This document shows, one piece after another, positions 16,894 through 25,589 of a DNA stretch of 26,852 nt. The position numbers were made by a program, and so were the translations under genes. Every line of letters starts with the position of its first letter. The stretch's first letter is position 1. The DNA is from a virus (Duplodnaviria > Heunggongvirae > Uroviricota > Caudoviricetes). Location: positions 1 to 26,852 of IMG/VR virus record IMGVR_UViG_3300020045_002497; one strand, given 5' to 3'. The notes under the pieces were generated by a model. It was not told the origin of the DNA. It did no database searches and saw only the letters and a program-made list of their open reading frames with translations.

Positions 16894-17487
16894 ATGTTCG
16901 GTTTTGAAAATGCAGAAGTATCTAAAGGTAATTATAAAGAAACAATTAAACCTGGAATCAACCTTGTTAAAGTTGTTAAAATTGAAAATGGATTAAGTTC
17001 TAAAGCTCAAGCTCCACAAATTACATTTACAGTAAATGATAATCATGGTGCTGAGTTAGTACAAATTTATTCATTAAATACAACAATTAATCCAGGTAAA
17101 AAAATGTCTGGATGGGATGTTACTAAAAATGCAATCTTATCAATGGTTGCTGCGGCATTATCTTTAGATGAGGTTTCCGCCAAAACTAAAATGCCAAATG
17201 CTAAATCTGCTGAAGAATTAGCTCAAAAATTATCTGTTTTATTAGCAGGTAAAGAATTCAAATTAAAAGTTGTAGGAGAAGAAAGAATTTCTCAAAAAGG
17301 AACTAAATATGTAGCTTCTTCTTTTGGAAATGGAGTATTCTGTGAATCTAAATCAGTTTCTGCAGATGATACTAAATTATTCTTTAGTCCTGAAAAGAAC
17401 ATTAAGAAGTTAGACATTGAACCAGCAACTAATGATGCTTCAAAAGAAGGATTTTCTGCACCTACATCACCAGTTGATTTCGGATAA
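16894..17487 (+). CDS. Putative single-stranded DNA-binding protein (DUF669-like)
   Basis: Position after the Sak4-like ATPase; IKPG...VKVVKIE beta-rich N-terminus; flexible C-terminal tail ending in DFG. Confidence 0.6.
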   Translation: MFGFENAEVSKGNYKETIKPGINLVKVVKIENGLSSKAQAPQITFTVNDNHGAELVQIYSLNTTINPGKKMSGWDVTKNAILSMVAAALSLDEVSAKTKMPNAKSAEELAQKLSVLLAGKEFKLKVVGEERISQKGTKYVASSFGNGVFCESKSVSADDTKLFFSPEKNIKKLDIEPATNDASKEGFSAPTSPVDFG

Positions 17488-17495
17488 TAACAATT

Positions 17496-17562
17496 AAGTA
17501 ATAATAGGTACCCATGGCCACCGGGAGTAAATGGAAGTAGTATTCTCAGCCTATTGTTATTT
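17496..17562 (+). other. Structured intergenic element, copy B
   Basis: AAGTAATAATAGG / CCTATTGTTATTT 13-bp stem (two G-U) enclosing 41 nt; shares TAAATG and CAGCCTATT with copy A. Confidence 0.65.
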
Positions 17563-17577
17563 TTTAAAATCAAATTT

Positions 17578-17751
17578 ATGCAAAGTTGGAAATTTAATAG
17601 TACTGCAAGATCAATTTTAATGGAATGTATTGCAGCTAGTTTAAAAATACCATATACTGATATTTATAAAACAATTAGAAGAATGAACTCTAATTTTATT
17701 GAAACAAAAGATGGTAAAATTTATAAAGTTATTTTACAAGAAGTATTTTAA
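17578..17751 (+). CDS. Hypothetical protein, 57 aa (start revised from 17554)
   Basis: ATG 17578; the track start lies inside the intergenic stem. Confidence 0.65.
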   Translation: MQSWKFNSTARSILMECIAASLKIPYTDIYKTIRRMNSNFIETKDGKIYKVILQEVF

Positions 17752-17754
17752 TAT

Positions 17755-18747
17755 ATGTTTAACTTTGATAATGCTAGTTTACAAATAACAAAAGAAGAAA
17801 TACTTAAATACATTACAGAATTACAGATATTAGAAAGATACTGTAGTAATTATCAATCATTAGATTCTAGTTTTAAATCAGAGTTTTATACTGATAAAAA
17901 TGGAAGCTGTAGAATAGTAATTAGTGCATCAGGAATACCTTATTACACAGATTATGGGAATGGAGATTACTTTCTAGCATTTGATTATGTAAGTAAAAAG
18001 TATGGTTCTAATTATCATGAAACTTGTAATATTATTGCTAATGACTTTGGATTAAAGAGAACTAATTTGAGTGTAACACCTCAATTGCTATTAGTTAATG
18101 ATACTCCTAAACTAGTTAAAGTTAAATCTAATATTAAAGTAATTGTTAAACCATTTAGTTTAATAGACTATGAATATTGGAATCAATATCATATTTCATT
18201 AACTACTTTACAATTCTTTAACGTAAAAGCTGTAAGTCATGTTTATTTAAATAAAAGAGATAGACATTATGTATTTGAGTATAAAAATAATCAACCTTTA
18301 TATTCCTATAGATTCTTTAAGAATGCTTGTGAATATTTAAAGATTTATAATCCTTATTCACCAACTAAAGAGGGTAAGTGGTTAACTAACGTAGGTTCAG
18401 ATTGTCTAGGTGGATATGACCAACTGCCAGAAACAGGAGATTTGTTGATTATTACAAAAAGTTTAAAAGATACAATGAGTTATTATGAATTACAATATAA
18501 TTCAGTATCTTTACAAGCAGAAACTAATAAAATAAGTAAGAAATCTTGGAATGAATTAAATAAGAGATTTAAAAGAGTTGTTATCAACCTTGATGCTGAC
18601 GATCAAGGATATACATCTACTGGTGATTTATTATTAGAATATGATATAGAATTTTTCTTTATTAATCAGGAAAAAGATATATCTGATTATATCAAAAAAT
18701 ATGGCTTAAAGAAAGCTGAAAAATTAATTAAAAATAAATTAATATGA
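17755..18747 (+). CDS. dnaG: DnaG-like primase (TOPRIM), Crassvirales-type
   Basis: YYTDYG..G..D.F..V, KIYNP, GYDQLP, LIITKSLKD, INLDADDQG (DxD). Confidence 0.85.
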   Translation: MFNFDNASLQITKEEILKYITELQILERYCSNYQSLDSSFKSEFYTDKNGSCRIVISASGIPYYTDYGNGDYFLAFDYVSKKYGSNYHETCNIIANDFGLKRTNLSVTPQLLLVNDTPKLVKVKSNIKVIVKPFSLIDYEYWNQYHISLTTLQFFNVKAVSHVYLNKRDRHYVFEYKNNQPLYSYRFFKNACEYLKIYNPYSPTKEGKWLTNVGSDCLGGYDQLPETGDLLIITKSLKDTMSYYELQYNSVSLQAETNKISKKSWNELNKRFKRVVINLDADDQGYTSTGDLLLEYDIEFFFINQEKDISDYIKKYGLKKAEKLIKNKLI

Positions 18748-18977
18748 AAGATACTAGCAAACAATTTAATATTGTATCCCTATCTAAAGATGATTTATTA
18801 GGATTAAAAACTATTGATAAAAACGATAATATTAAACCTAAATTTTCAAAATCTAAAATTATGAAATTATCTAATACTGATATGGAAAAAATAGCATCTA
18901 AACTTTGTGATGATTATTGTGATCAATTATATTGGTCAAGTTTAGAAATTATTGCAGATAATATAATAAATCGTTAA
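18744..18977 (+). CDS. Hypothetical protein, 77 aa
   Basis: ATGA-coupled ORF. Confidence 0.7.
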   Translation: MKDTSKQFNIVSLSKDDLLGLKTIDKNDNIKPKFSKSKIMKLSNTDMEKIASKLCDDYCDQLYWSSLEIIADNIINR

Positions 18978-18979
18978 AT

Positions 18980-19285
18980 ATGGAAATTTTAAAAATTAAT
19001 TGGACACAATTTTGTGATAAGTATTCACCAATTAAGAATACTTTAGAAACAAACACTCCATGTGATGGATTTTTATTTCTAGATAAAGATCAATTAAGAG
19101 ATATTGAAGCAAATAGAATATGGACATTAATTGAGAATCCTATTAACAATGATATGTACATTACTAATGGAGCTCATATTATTAACTCACATGGATGGAT
19201 AGTATCTAGACATATATGGCTTACAATAGATGGGCCTATTGAAGTTAGATTAGAAGAATCAGATATTAAAAAAGAAGAAATATGA
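18980..19285 (+). CDS. Hypothetical phage protein, 101 aa
   Basis: Packed ORF; KY.PIKN, IWT and G.H.IN..G patterns look family-like but are not named. Confidence 0.75.
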   Translation: MEILKINWTQFCDKYSPIKNTLETNTPCDGFLFLDKDQLRDIEANRIWTLIENPINNDMYITNGAHIINSHGWIVSRHIWLTIDGPIEVRLEESDIKKEEI

Positions 19286-19728
19286 AAGAAGCTAAATTAA
19301 TAGGTTATTATATAACCTCAGAGCATCGAGATGCTGGAACAAATGAATATCAAGATCATGATGAAGGTAATACTACTTATCATTTTGTTGTAAAATTAGA
19401 TGGAGAACATTATGTATTTTCTGCAGAAGATGAGTATGGAAGTTGTGGTTCTGGATATTGTGGAGCTACTTGGGCTAATATTAATAATAGTCTAAGTAAT
19501 TATGTAGGTAATATTGAATCTTTAACTAAACCTCAAAAAGAAATATTTTTAAATGTTCATAGTTTACAAATTCAAATTACAGAAAAAGATCAAAGTCAAT
19601 CTTGGGATCCTACTATAACTCAAGTACTAACTACTAATGAAGAAGTACTTGTAAGTTCTACTGGAGATGGTGGTTGTAATTATTATCCTTCAGGAGTATT
19701 AACTTTTAATAATGATTTATTTAAATAA
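19282..19728 (+). CDS. Hypothetical phage protein, 148 aa
   Basis: Gly/Cys motifs GSCGSGYCGATW and DGGCNYYPSG. Confidence 0.75.
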   Translation: MKEAKLIGYYITSEHRDAGTNEYQDHDEGNTTYHFVVKLDGEHYVFSAEDEYGSCGSGYCGATWANINNSLSNYVGNIESLTKPQKEIFLNVHSLQIQITEKDQSQSWDPTITQVLTTNEEVLVSSTGDGGCNYYPSGVLTFNNDLFK

Positions 19729-19730
19729 TT

Positions 19731-20168
19731 ATGAGTTTAGAAAAAATTAAAATATCCTTTGAACCAACTGAAATTTGGAATCATGAAGATTTTAGACAGT
19801 TGATTAAAGGTATTAAAGAAAATGATTATTGTTCTAAAGGATTTGAATATGAATTATGGATTATCACTACAAATGATAGTTTTAATTATATTGATGCTAT
19901 AGCTCAACAATTTAGTATCCCTTCAAATAGAGTGATTATGTGTTTAAATGATGCTAGTAAAGTAGCAGCTATCGCATTAAATGCTGATATTCATTTTGAT
20001 GGCGAACAAACTATTATTACTGATGTAAATGCTACAACAGCTGTAGGTATTTTAGTAGATAGAAAAATAGATTATCCAGGTATGGGACTTAAATATATTA
20101 AGAATTTAGATACTTGGACAACAGCAATTTTAAGAGAAAGAAATGGTGAGAAGACAAAACCTTGCTAA
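19731..20168 (+). CDS. HAD-fold-like protein, apparently lacking the catalytic DxD
   Basis: KISFEPTE, ELWIITT, K, IHFDG occur in the order of HAD motifs I-IV. Confidence 0.5.
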   Translation: MSLEKIKISFEPTEIWNHEDFRQLIKGIKENDYCSKGFEYELWIITTNDSFNYIDAIAQQFSIPSNRVIMCLNDASKVAAIALNADIHFDGEQTIITDVNATTAVGILVDRKIDYPGMGLKYIKNLDTWTTAILRERNGEKTKPC

Positions 20169-20718
20169 AAAGTTTAAGGTTACTTCAAAACCTAAGAAAA
20201 AAGCAGTTCCTCACGGAGTTCCTACTATTCATGATGGAGTTCAACTAAGATCTGGATTAGAGAAAATATGTTATCAAGCCTTACAAAAAGCTGGTATAAC
20301 AGACTTTAACTATGAAGATGATGTGTTTGAGCTTCAACCTAAATTCACTGCATCAGGAGTCAGTTATCAGCTTTACAAGCGTATGATGACTTATGATGAA
20401 GCTAAAGAATTAGGAATTAATGCTAGATTTAAAGATAAAAAGAAAGCAAAGTATGTTTATCAATTTGGAGAAGTTACCAATAATTTAAGAGCAATTACTA
20501 TTAAACCTGATTTTAGTAGATTAAATAAGGATACTAAAACTGGATTTATAATTGAAACTAAAGGTCTTTATTCTGGTGAATATCTATTAAAATTGCGTAT
20601 CTTTAAGCACTGGTTAACAGTTAATGGTTGGAATATTGACTATTTTGCACCAAACAACCAAACTACAGTGAATAAGTCTATTGCAATTATAAAAGCTAAA
20701 TATTATGAAAATAAATAA
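20143..20718 (+). CDS. T7 endonuclease I-like PD-(D/E)XK nuclease / Holliday junction resolvase
   Basis: RSGLEK, FNYE, KPDF, IIETKG. Confidence 0.85.
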   Translation: MVRRQNLAKKFKVTSKPKKKAVPHGVPTIHDGVQLRSGLEKICYQALQKAGITDFNYEDDVFELQPKFTASGVSYQLYKRMMTYDEAKELGINARFKDKKKAKYVYQFGEVTNNLRAITIKPDFSRLNKDTKTGFIIETKGLYSGEYLLKLRIFKHWLTVNGWNIDYFAPNNQTTVNKSIAIIKAKYYENK

Positions 20719-21382
20719 AATTGGTTACATTTATATGATTACTAATCCTACAGGAAGATTGTATGTTGGAAGTACTATTAATATTCAAAATAGATGGAAA
20801 CAATATTATTTATTAAAATGTAAATCTCAATCAAAATTATATAAATCATTAATTAAATATACTCCTGAAAAACACAAATTTGAAATAATTTGGCAAGGTT
20901 CAGTTGATACTATGTATAAATATGAAACTATGATTGGTTGGGGATTTAATGTATTAGAAAAAGAACACTTAAATTGTAGATTACCTAAATTAGGTGACAT
21001 TTATTCAGTAATGAGTTGTGATACAAAATTAAAAATTGGTATTAAAAATAAAGGTACTGTTATGACTCAAAATCAAAAAGATAAATTAAGTATTATTAAT
21101 TTAGGTAAAAAGTTATCAACAGAAACTTGTATTAAAATGGGAAAATCTCGTTTAGGAAATAAATACGCTTTAGGTAAAACTAGATCTAAAGAATTTAAAC
21201 TTACAATGAATTCTCATAATTTTAAACTTATACTACAATATGATTTAAATATGAATTTTATTAAAGAATGGAAAAGTATTAAATCTGCTTCAGAACAATT
21301 AAAAATTAATTCAGGACATATTGGTCAAGTATGTAAAAATAATAGAGGATCCGCGGGTGGGTTTAAGTGGAAGTATAAATAA
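20705..21382 (+). mobile_element. Free-standing GIY-YIG homing endonuclease (HEG2)
   Basis: GYIYMIT...LYVGST...R; NUMOD-like repeats; QYDLNMNFIKEW...GFKWKY. Confidence 0.9.
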
Positions 21383-21411
21383 GTGTATAAAAATAATTAA
21401 AAACAAATATT

Positions 21412-21903
21412 ATGGATTATAGAACTAAATTTAAAAAAAGTAAAATAGCTTTCATTATAACAGTAAGTGTTTTAGGATTAACTTTAGGTTGGACTATTGG
21501 TATGCAATTAGACTTTTTAAAATCTAAAGAACAACCATTGTTACCTAAACCTGTATCTTATACAGATACTGTTAAAATAGAAGGATTTAGTGAAGCTAAA
21601 TTGATGCAATTTATGGAAGATGTTGAAATGCAATTTCCTAATATTGTAATGCATCAAGCTAAACTAGAAACTGGTAATTTTACTTCTCCAAGATTTATAA
21701 AATATAATGCTTTATTTGGATTTCAAACTTCAGATACAGATGTTATTAAATATAAATCTTGGAAAGAATCAGTAATTGCATATAAAGCTTGGCAAATGAA
21801 AAGATTAAAAACTAATGAAGATTATCATCAATTTCTGATTAGGGTACATTACGCTGCTGATAGTAATTATATTAAAAAATTAAAAAAATTTAAAGATGCC
21901 TAA
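21412..21903 (+). CDS. GH73 (glucosaminidase-like) peptidoglycan hydrolase with an N-terminal transmembrane anchor
   Basis: TM IAFIITVSVLGLTLGWTIG; QAKLETG, NALFG, YKSWKESV..Y, YAADSNYIKKL. Confidence 0.75.
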   Translation: MDYRTKFKKSKIAFIITVSVLGLTLGWTIGMQLDFLKSKEQPLLPKPVSYTDTVKIEGFSEAKLMQFMEDVEMQFPNIVMHQAKLETGNFTSPRFIKYNALFGFQTSDTDVIKYKSWKESVIAYKAWQMKRLKTNEDYHQFLIRVHYAADSNYIKKLKKFKDA

Positions 21904-22072
21904 AGTAAACTATGCCGATTTAGAATCTATAACAAAATTTTTAGATAAAATTGCAAAAATTTTAGTATTTGAAAAACATAATACCGAAGCAATTAAATTA
22001 TCTAAAATGATCAAAGATAAATACACAGAAATTAAACCACATTACCACAATGAAAAATTGGTTAAAGAATAA
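21896..22072 (+). CDS. Hypothetical protein, 58 aa (not in ORF track)
   Basis: ATG 21896 to TAA 22070-22072; overlaps both neighbours. Confidence 0.55.
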   Translation: MPKVNYADLESITKFLDKIAKILVFEKHNTEAIKLSKMIKDKYTEIKPHYHNEKLVKE

Positions 22073-22208
22073 TTGGATATGGATATTTGCAATAATAACT
22101 TTTTTAATTGGACTATATTTAGTTCCTGTAGGAAGAGGTATTGCTTATATATTTGCTATGGCATCAATAGCATTAACTATGATTTATATTAATAAAATTA
22201 GTAAATGA
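22050..22208 (+). CDS. Small two-TM membrane protein, 52 aa (holin-like candidate; not in ORF track)
   Basis: MKNWLKNNWIWIFAIITFLIGLYLVPVGRGIAYIFAMASIALTMIYINKISK*; ATGA-coupled to the exonuclease. Confidence 0.65.
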   Translation: MKNWLKNNWIWIFAIITFLIGLYLVPVGRGIAYIFAMASIALTMIYINKISK

Positions 22209-22951
22209 TAGGACTAATTGATGCAGATCATATACCATACATAGTATGTTATAATAAAATAGGTGAACCTGAAAAAACCCTTGAAGATGCTATTAAACAA
22301 GCAAATAATTATCTTCAAGGGTTACTTAATGGTGCAAATGTTGAAGAATTTATTTTATTCTTCACAATAGGAAAAAACTTTAGATATGATATATATCCAG
22401 AGTATAAAGCTAATAGAAAGTTTAATGAAAAACCACCCTTCTTTAATGAAGTAAGAGATTACTTAGTTAAAGAATATAATGGTATTCATGGTTATAATTT
22501 AGAAGCTGATGACGTACTTAATATTTATAAAAATAAGTACATTGCTGAACAAGTAAATTATATTGTAATATCTACTGATAAAGATATTAACAATTTATTT
22601 GGACTAAACTACGATATTAAAAATAATGTTGCAAGACTAGTGGATCAAGAATTTGCTGATCAATATTTCTGGGGATCTGTAATAACCGGAGATACAGCAG
22701 ATAATATTAAAGGAGTACCTGGTAAAGGACCTGCTTTTATTAAAAAATTATGGGAAAGTACTAAAGAAATAAATTTATTTAAAAGTAAAGTAATTTGTGA
22801 ATACATAAACTATTTTGGTGAAGAAGTTGGAATTGAGGAATTTTACAAAAATTATAAATGCTTAAAAATCCTTGATAATTATGAAGGAATTGTGTATATT
22901 GCACCTATTAAAAGTGAAAAAGTCCAATTTAACATACTCGGGAATTTATAA
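22205..22951 (+). CDS. 5'-3' exonuclease / flap endonuclease (T7 gp6 / T4 RNase H type)
   Basis: LIDAD, YKANR, LEADD, STDKD, GDTADNIKGVPGKG. Confidence 0.92.
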   Translation: MIGLIDADHIPYIVCYNKIGEPEKTLEDAIKQANNYLQGLLNGANVEEFILFFTIGKNFRYDIYPEYKANRKFNEKPPFFNEVRDYLVKEYNGIHGYNLEADDVLNIYKNKYIAEQVNYIVISTDKDINNLFGLNYDIKNNVARLVDQEFADQYFWGSVITGDTADNIKGVPGKGPAFIKKLWESTKEINLFKSKVICEYINYFGEEVGIEEFYKNYKCLKILDNYEGIVYIAPIKSEKVQFNILGNL

Positions 22952-23585
22952 AATTACAAACATTATAAATAATAAAATTTATATTGGTTCTGCTATTAAT
23001 TTTTATAAAAGATTTTATTTACATTTAAATATGTTAAATAATAATAAACATCATTCCAAATATCTTCAAAAATCTTGGAATAAATACGGTAAAGAAAACT
23101 TTAAATTTGAAATATTAGTAAAATGTCCACCTGAATATTGTATAAAACTAGAACAATGGTTTTTAAATAATTTAAATACCGAATATAATATTTGTAAAAC
23201 AGCAGGTAGTTTATTAGGATTTAAAAAATCTGAAGAATCAAAATTAAAACAATCTATGGCAATTAAAGGTAGAAAACAAAGTTTAGAACATATCAGAAAT
23301 AAAAGTATTGCTTTAAAAGGTAGAAAATGTTCAGAATTAACTAAACAAATTACTGGAGCAAGATATAGAGGAATTAAAAGATCTAAAGAATTTATTGATA
23401 ATTGGACTTTAAAAAAATATAAAAAAGTTTATCAGTATGATTTAAATATGAATTTTATTAAAGAGTGGAATAGTATAAAAGAAGCAAATGAATTTTATAA
23501 AACTACAGTAATATCACAATGTTGTAAACATAAATTAAAAACGTGTAAAGGATTTAAATGGGAATATTGTAAAATGGGTGTCTAA
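22881..23585 (+). mobile_element. Free-standing GIY-YIG homing endonuclease (HEG3); start ATG 22881 or GTG 22914
   Basis: SGIYKI...IYIGSA...R, LEQ, YNI; NUMOD3 repeats; QYDLNMNFIKEW...GFKWEY. Confidence 0.9.
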
Positions 23586-23645
23586 AAATAAAAGACTCAT
23601 ATGAAGGTATGGAGTTTATAAATCCTATAAAAAGTACACTAGTTT

Positions 23646-24242
23646 ATGCAAAAACGCTTGGAATGGCTGAGTAACTTTGGTTACGTAGAAGACAGTTCTG
23701 TAAGAAGAACTAGAACAACACTGTTTCTAATGCCCTTAATAGGTGTATCAGAAGCAAAAATTATGGATCATCATCCTAAAATGTTTATAAATGCATACAT
23801 TGATGACCCTATTGATAAAAATATTGTGTTAGTATTAAATAAATTAGATTTTCCTGAAGAATCTACTATATTTATTTTACTACAAAGCTTAAATGAAAAT
23901 TTTATTGAATGTATAGAAGATGAAGAAGAGTATTTACTTTATTATAAAGTACCTCAACATTTTCATGAAGATTTTGACAAGATTATTGAAGGTAAGTATT
24001 CTAAAACAACAGATGGTTATAAAAGTGTAATACTTAATATCTATGGTGTTGAAAGAAATACTAAAGACCATATACCATATATGCATGATTGTTTATATCC
24101 TGATGATATTAAACGTAAACTTTATGCAAATTATTTAAATGTAGATGTGTGTTTAATAGATGAAGTATCTAGTAAACCACGTTTAAAAGAATATGAATTA
24201 TTTAGAACAATTAACCAATTAAATGAAGATTATGAATCATAG
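23646..24242 (+). CDS. Hypothetical protein, 198 aa
   Basis: Long packed ORF; no motif recognised. Confidence 0.8.
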   Translation: MQKRLEWLSNFGYVEDSSVRRTRTTLFLMPLIGVSEAKIMDHHPKMFINAYIDDPIDKNIVLVLNKLDFPEESTIFILLQSLNENFIECIEDEEEYLLYYKVPQHFHEDFDKIIEGKYSKTTDGYKSVILNIYGVERNTKDHIPYMHDCLYPDDIKRKLYANYLNVDVCLIDEVSSKPRLKEYELFRTINQLNEDYES

Positions 24243-24447
24243 TGAGAGAGTAGAAAAGATTGTAAATTCTAGTAATGAAAATCACGAAAGAATGTTTCCT
24301 ATTTTAAATAAAGTTGATAGAATTTGGATGGCTAATCCAGAATTACAATTTTGTGAATTAGTTAAATTAATTGTATTGGATAGTAAAAACGACTTAGAAT
24401 TTACAAAAAAATTAGATGAATATATAGATGAACACAACATTAAATAA
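24223..24447 (+). CDS. Hypothetical protein, weakly DUF1040/YihD-like
   Basis: IL..V..IW..NPELQF.ELV pattern; similarity by eye only. Confidence 0.55.
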   Translation: MKIMNHSERVEKIVNSSNENHERMFPILNKVDRIWMANPELQFCELVKLIVLDSKNDLEFTKKLDEYIDEHNIK

Positions 24448-25234
24448 TTATACGATAGAAGATTTTATTAAATTTAAAACTCCTATTTACAATCATTGTG
24501 TAAGATTAACTAGAAAAAAAGAAGATGATTATTTTCATAGAGATATGAGTGACGCTGATGATTTATTTCAGGAAACATATCTCTATGTTTATAATCAATA
24601 CTTTAATACACCTAAACAACCATTAACAGATAGACATTTTATTAATACTATGAAGAAATGTGTTGAGTTTGCATATCATCGTAGAATTACTACTAAAAAT
24701 CATAAAGTGTATTTTTATGCTGATCACTATCAAGATACTGAAAAATCTGAATATTTATTTACAACTCAATTAGTTGAGCAACCTAAAGTATTTGAAGATA
24801 TTAGAGATAATCCTGATTATAATACATACATGAAAGGTTTAAAATTTAGTGAAAGACTTGTTGTAGATTATATTTTAAAAGGTTATTCTAAATCTGATAT
24901 TGGTAAAATATTTAAAAAACAAGCTAATTTTGTAGATAGAACAATAACTAAAATTAAAAATAATGTTTTTAAAGAAGGATTCTATAAAACACCTGTTGCA
25001 AATAAAGTGTTGAAAGTTAAAAAAGAAGGTGTGATAGATGATTTAGCGTTTGTTAAATCAAAAGTTAAAGACTTTGAGATTATTTTTAAAACAGATAAAC
25101 TTGTTAAATTATATTCATTATATTTACAAGGTTTTGATCATAAAATAATAGCTAAAGATTTAAATAAATCAGTATCTCAAGTTAATGTTGAGATATATAG
25201 AATTAATCAGAAAATTAAAAAATATGCAATCTGA
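24428..25234 (+). CDS. ECF-like sigma-70 factor with two region-4-like HTH units
   Basis: Region 2 DADDLFQET; region 4 ERLVVDYILKGYSKSDIGKIF and LYLQGFDHKIIAKDLNKSVSQV...IYRI. Confidence 0.7.
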   Translation: MNTTLNNYTIEDFIKFKTPIYNHCVRLTRKKEDDYFHRDMSDADDLFQETYLYVYNQYFNTPKQPLTDRHFINTMKKCVEFAYHRRITTKNHKVYFYADHYQDTEKSEYLFTTQLVEQPKVFEDIRDNPDYNTYMKGLKFSERLVVDYILKGYSKSDIGKIFKKQANFVDRTITKIKNNVFKEGFYKTPVANKVLKVKKEGVIDDLAFVKSKVKDFEIIFKTDKLVKLYSLYLQGFDHKIIAKDLNKSVSQVNVEIYRINQKIKKYAI

Positions 25235-25589
25235 TAATACAGATTTGATTGCTCAAACTAAGAAATTAGATGAGATAAAAGAAACATTAAAATTTGATGA
25301 AGGTAAACCTTGTATGAGTGATATACCTCAATTAAGTTTAATGTCAGTAGCTAAAGTATTTAATTACGGAGCTAAAAAATATAGTAAATTTAATTATAGT
25401 GGAGGAACAGATTGGTTAAGATATTATGATGCTGCACAAAGACATATGAATACTTGGATGACAGGGGAAGACATTGATGAGTCTTCCCATAATCACATTG
25501 ATCATGCTATTGCTAGTTTGATGATGTTAAGAGAGAATATGCATCTAAGTACAGGTGTAGATAATAGAAACCCAATTTATAAAAAATGA
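25224..25589 (+). CDS. dATP/dGTP diphosphohydrolase (DUF5664-like); start revised from 25185
   Basis: KFDEGKP, VAKVFNYGAKKY, AAQRH, W..GEDID.S, HIDHA. Confidence 0.85.
   Translation: MQSDNTDLIAQTKKLDEIKETLKFDEGKPCMSDIPQLSLMSVAKVFNYGAKKYSKFNYSGGTDWLRYYDAAQRHMNTWMTGEDIDESSHNHIDHAIASLMMLRENMHLSTGVDNRNPIYKK

Noticed and set aside
8774-17562. Elements A and B as known ribozymes or tRNAs
   Set aside because: No CUGANGA/GAAA hammerhead core; too few bases for the pistol pseudoknot and GCG in the permuted order; no cloverleaf or T-loop seen by eye (Rfam search not run)
17292-17573. Minus-strand 93-aa ORF
   Set aside because: Shadow of the SSB-like gene and element B
22148-22156. TATATTTGC as a promoter for the exonuclease
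   Set aside because: Inside a coding region; TAnnTTTG matches arise readily by chance at this AT content
13782-23585. HEGs as group I intron-encoded ORFs
   Set aside because: Flanking genes look complete, no split exons resume after the HEGs, and there is no room for intron core helices
23593-23617. Weak bulged hairpin after HEG3 as a terminator
   Set aside because: AU/GU-rich stem with a bulge and no clear U-tract
25224-25589. Firm call of a Z-base (2-aminoadenine) genome
   Set aside because: No PurZ is seen in the window, and DUF5664 alone is not diagnostic
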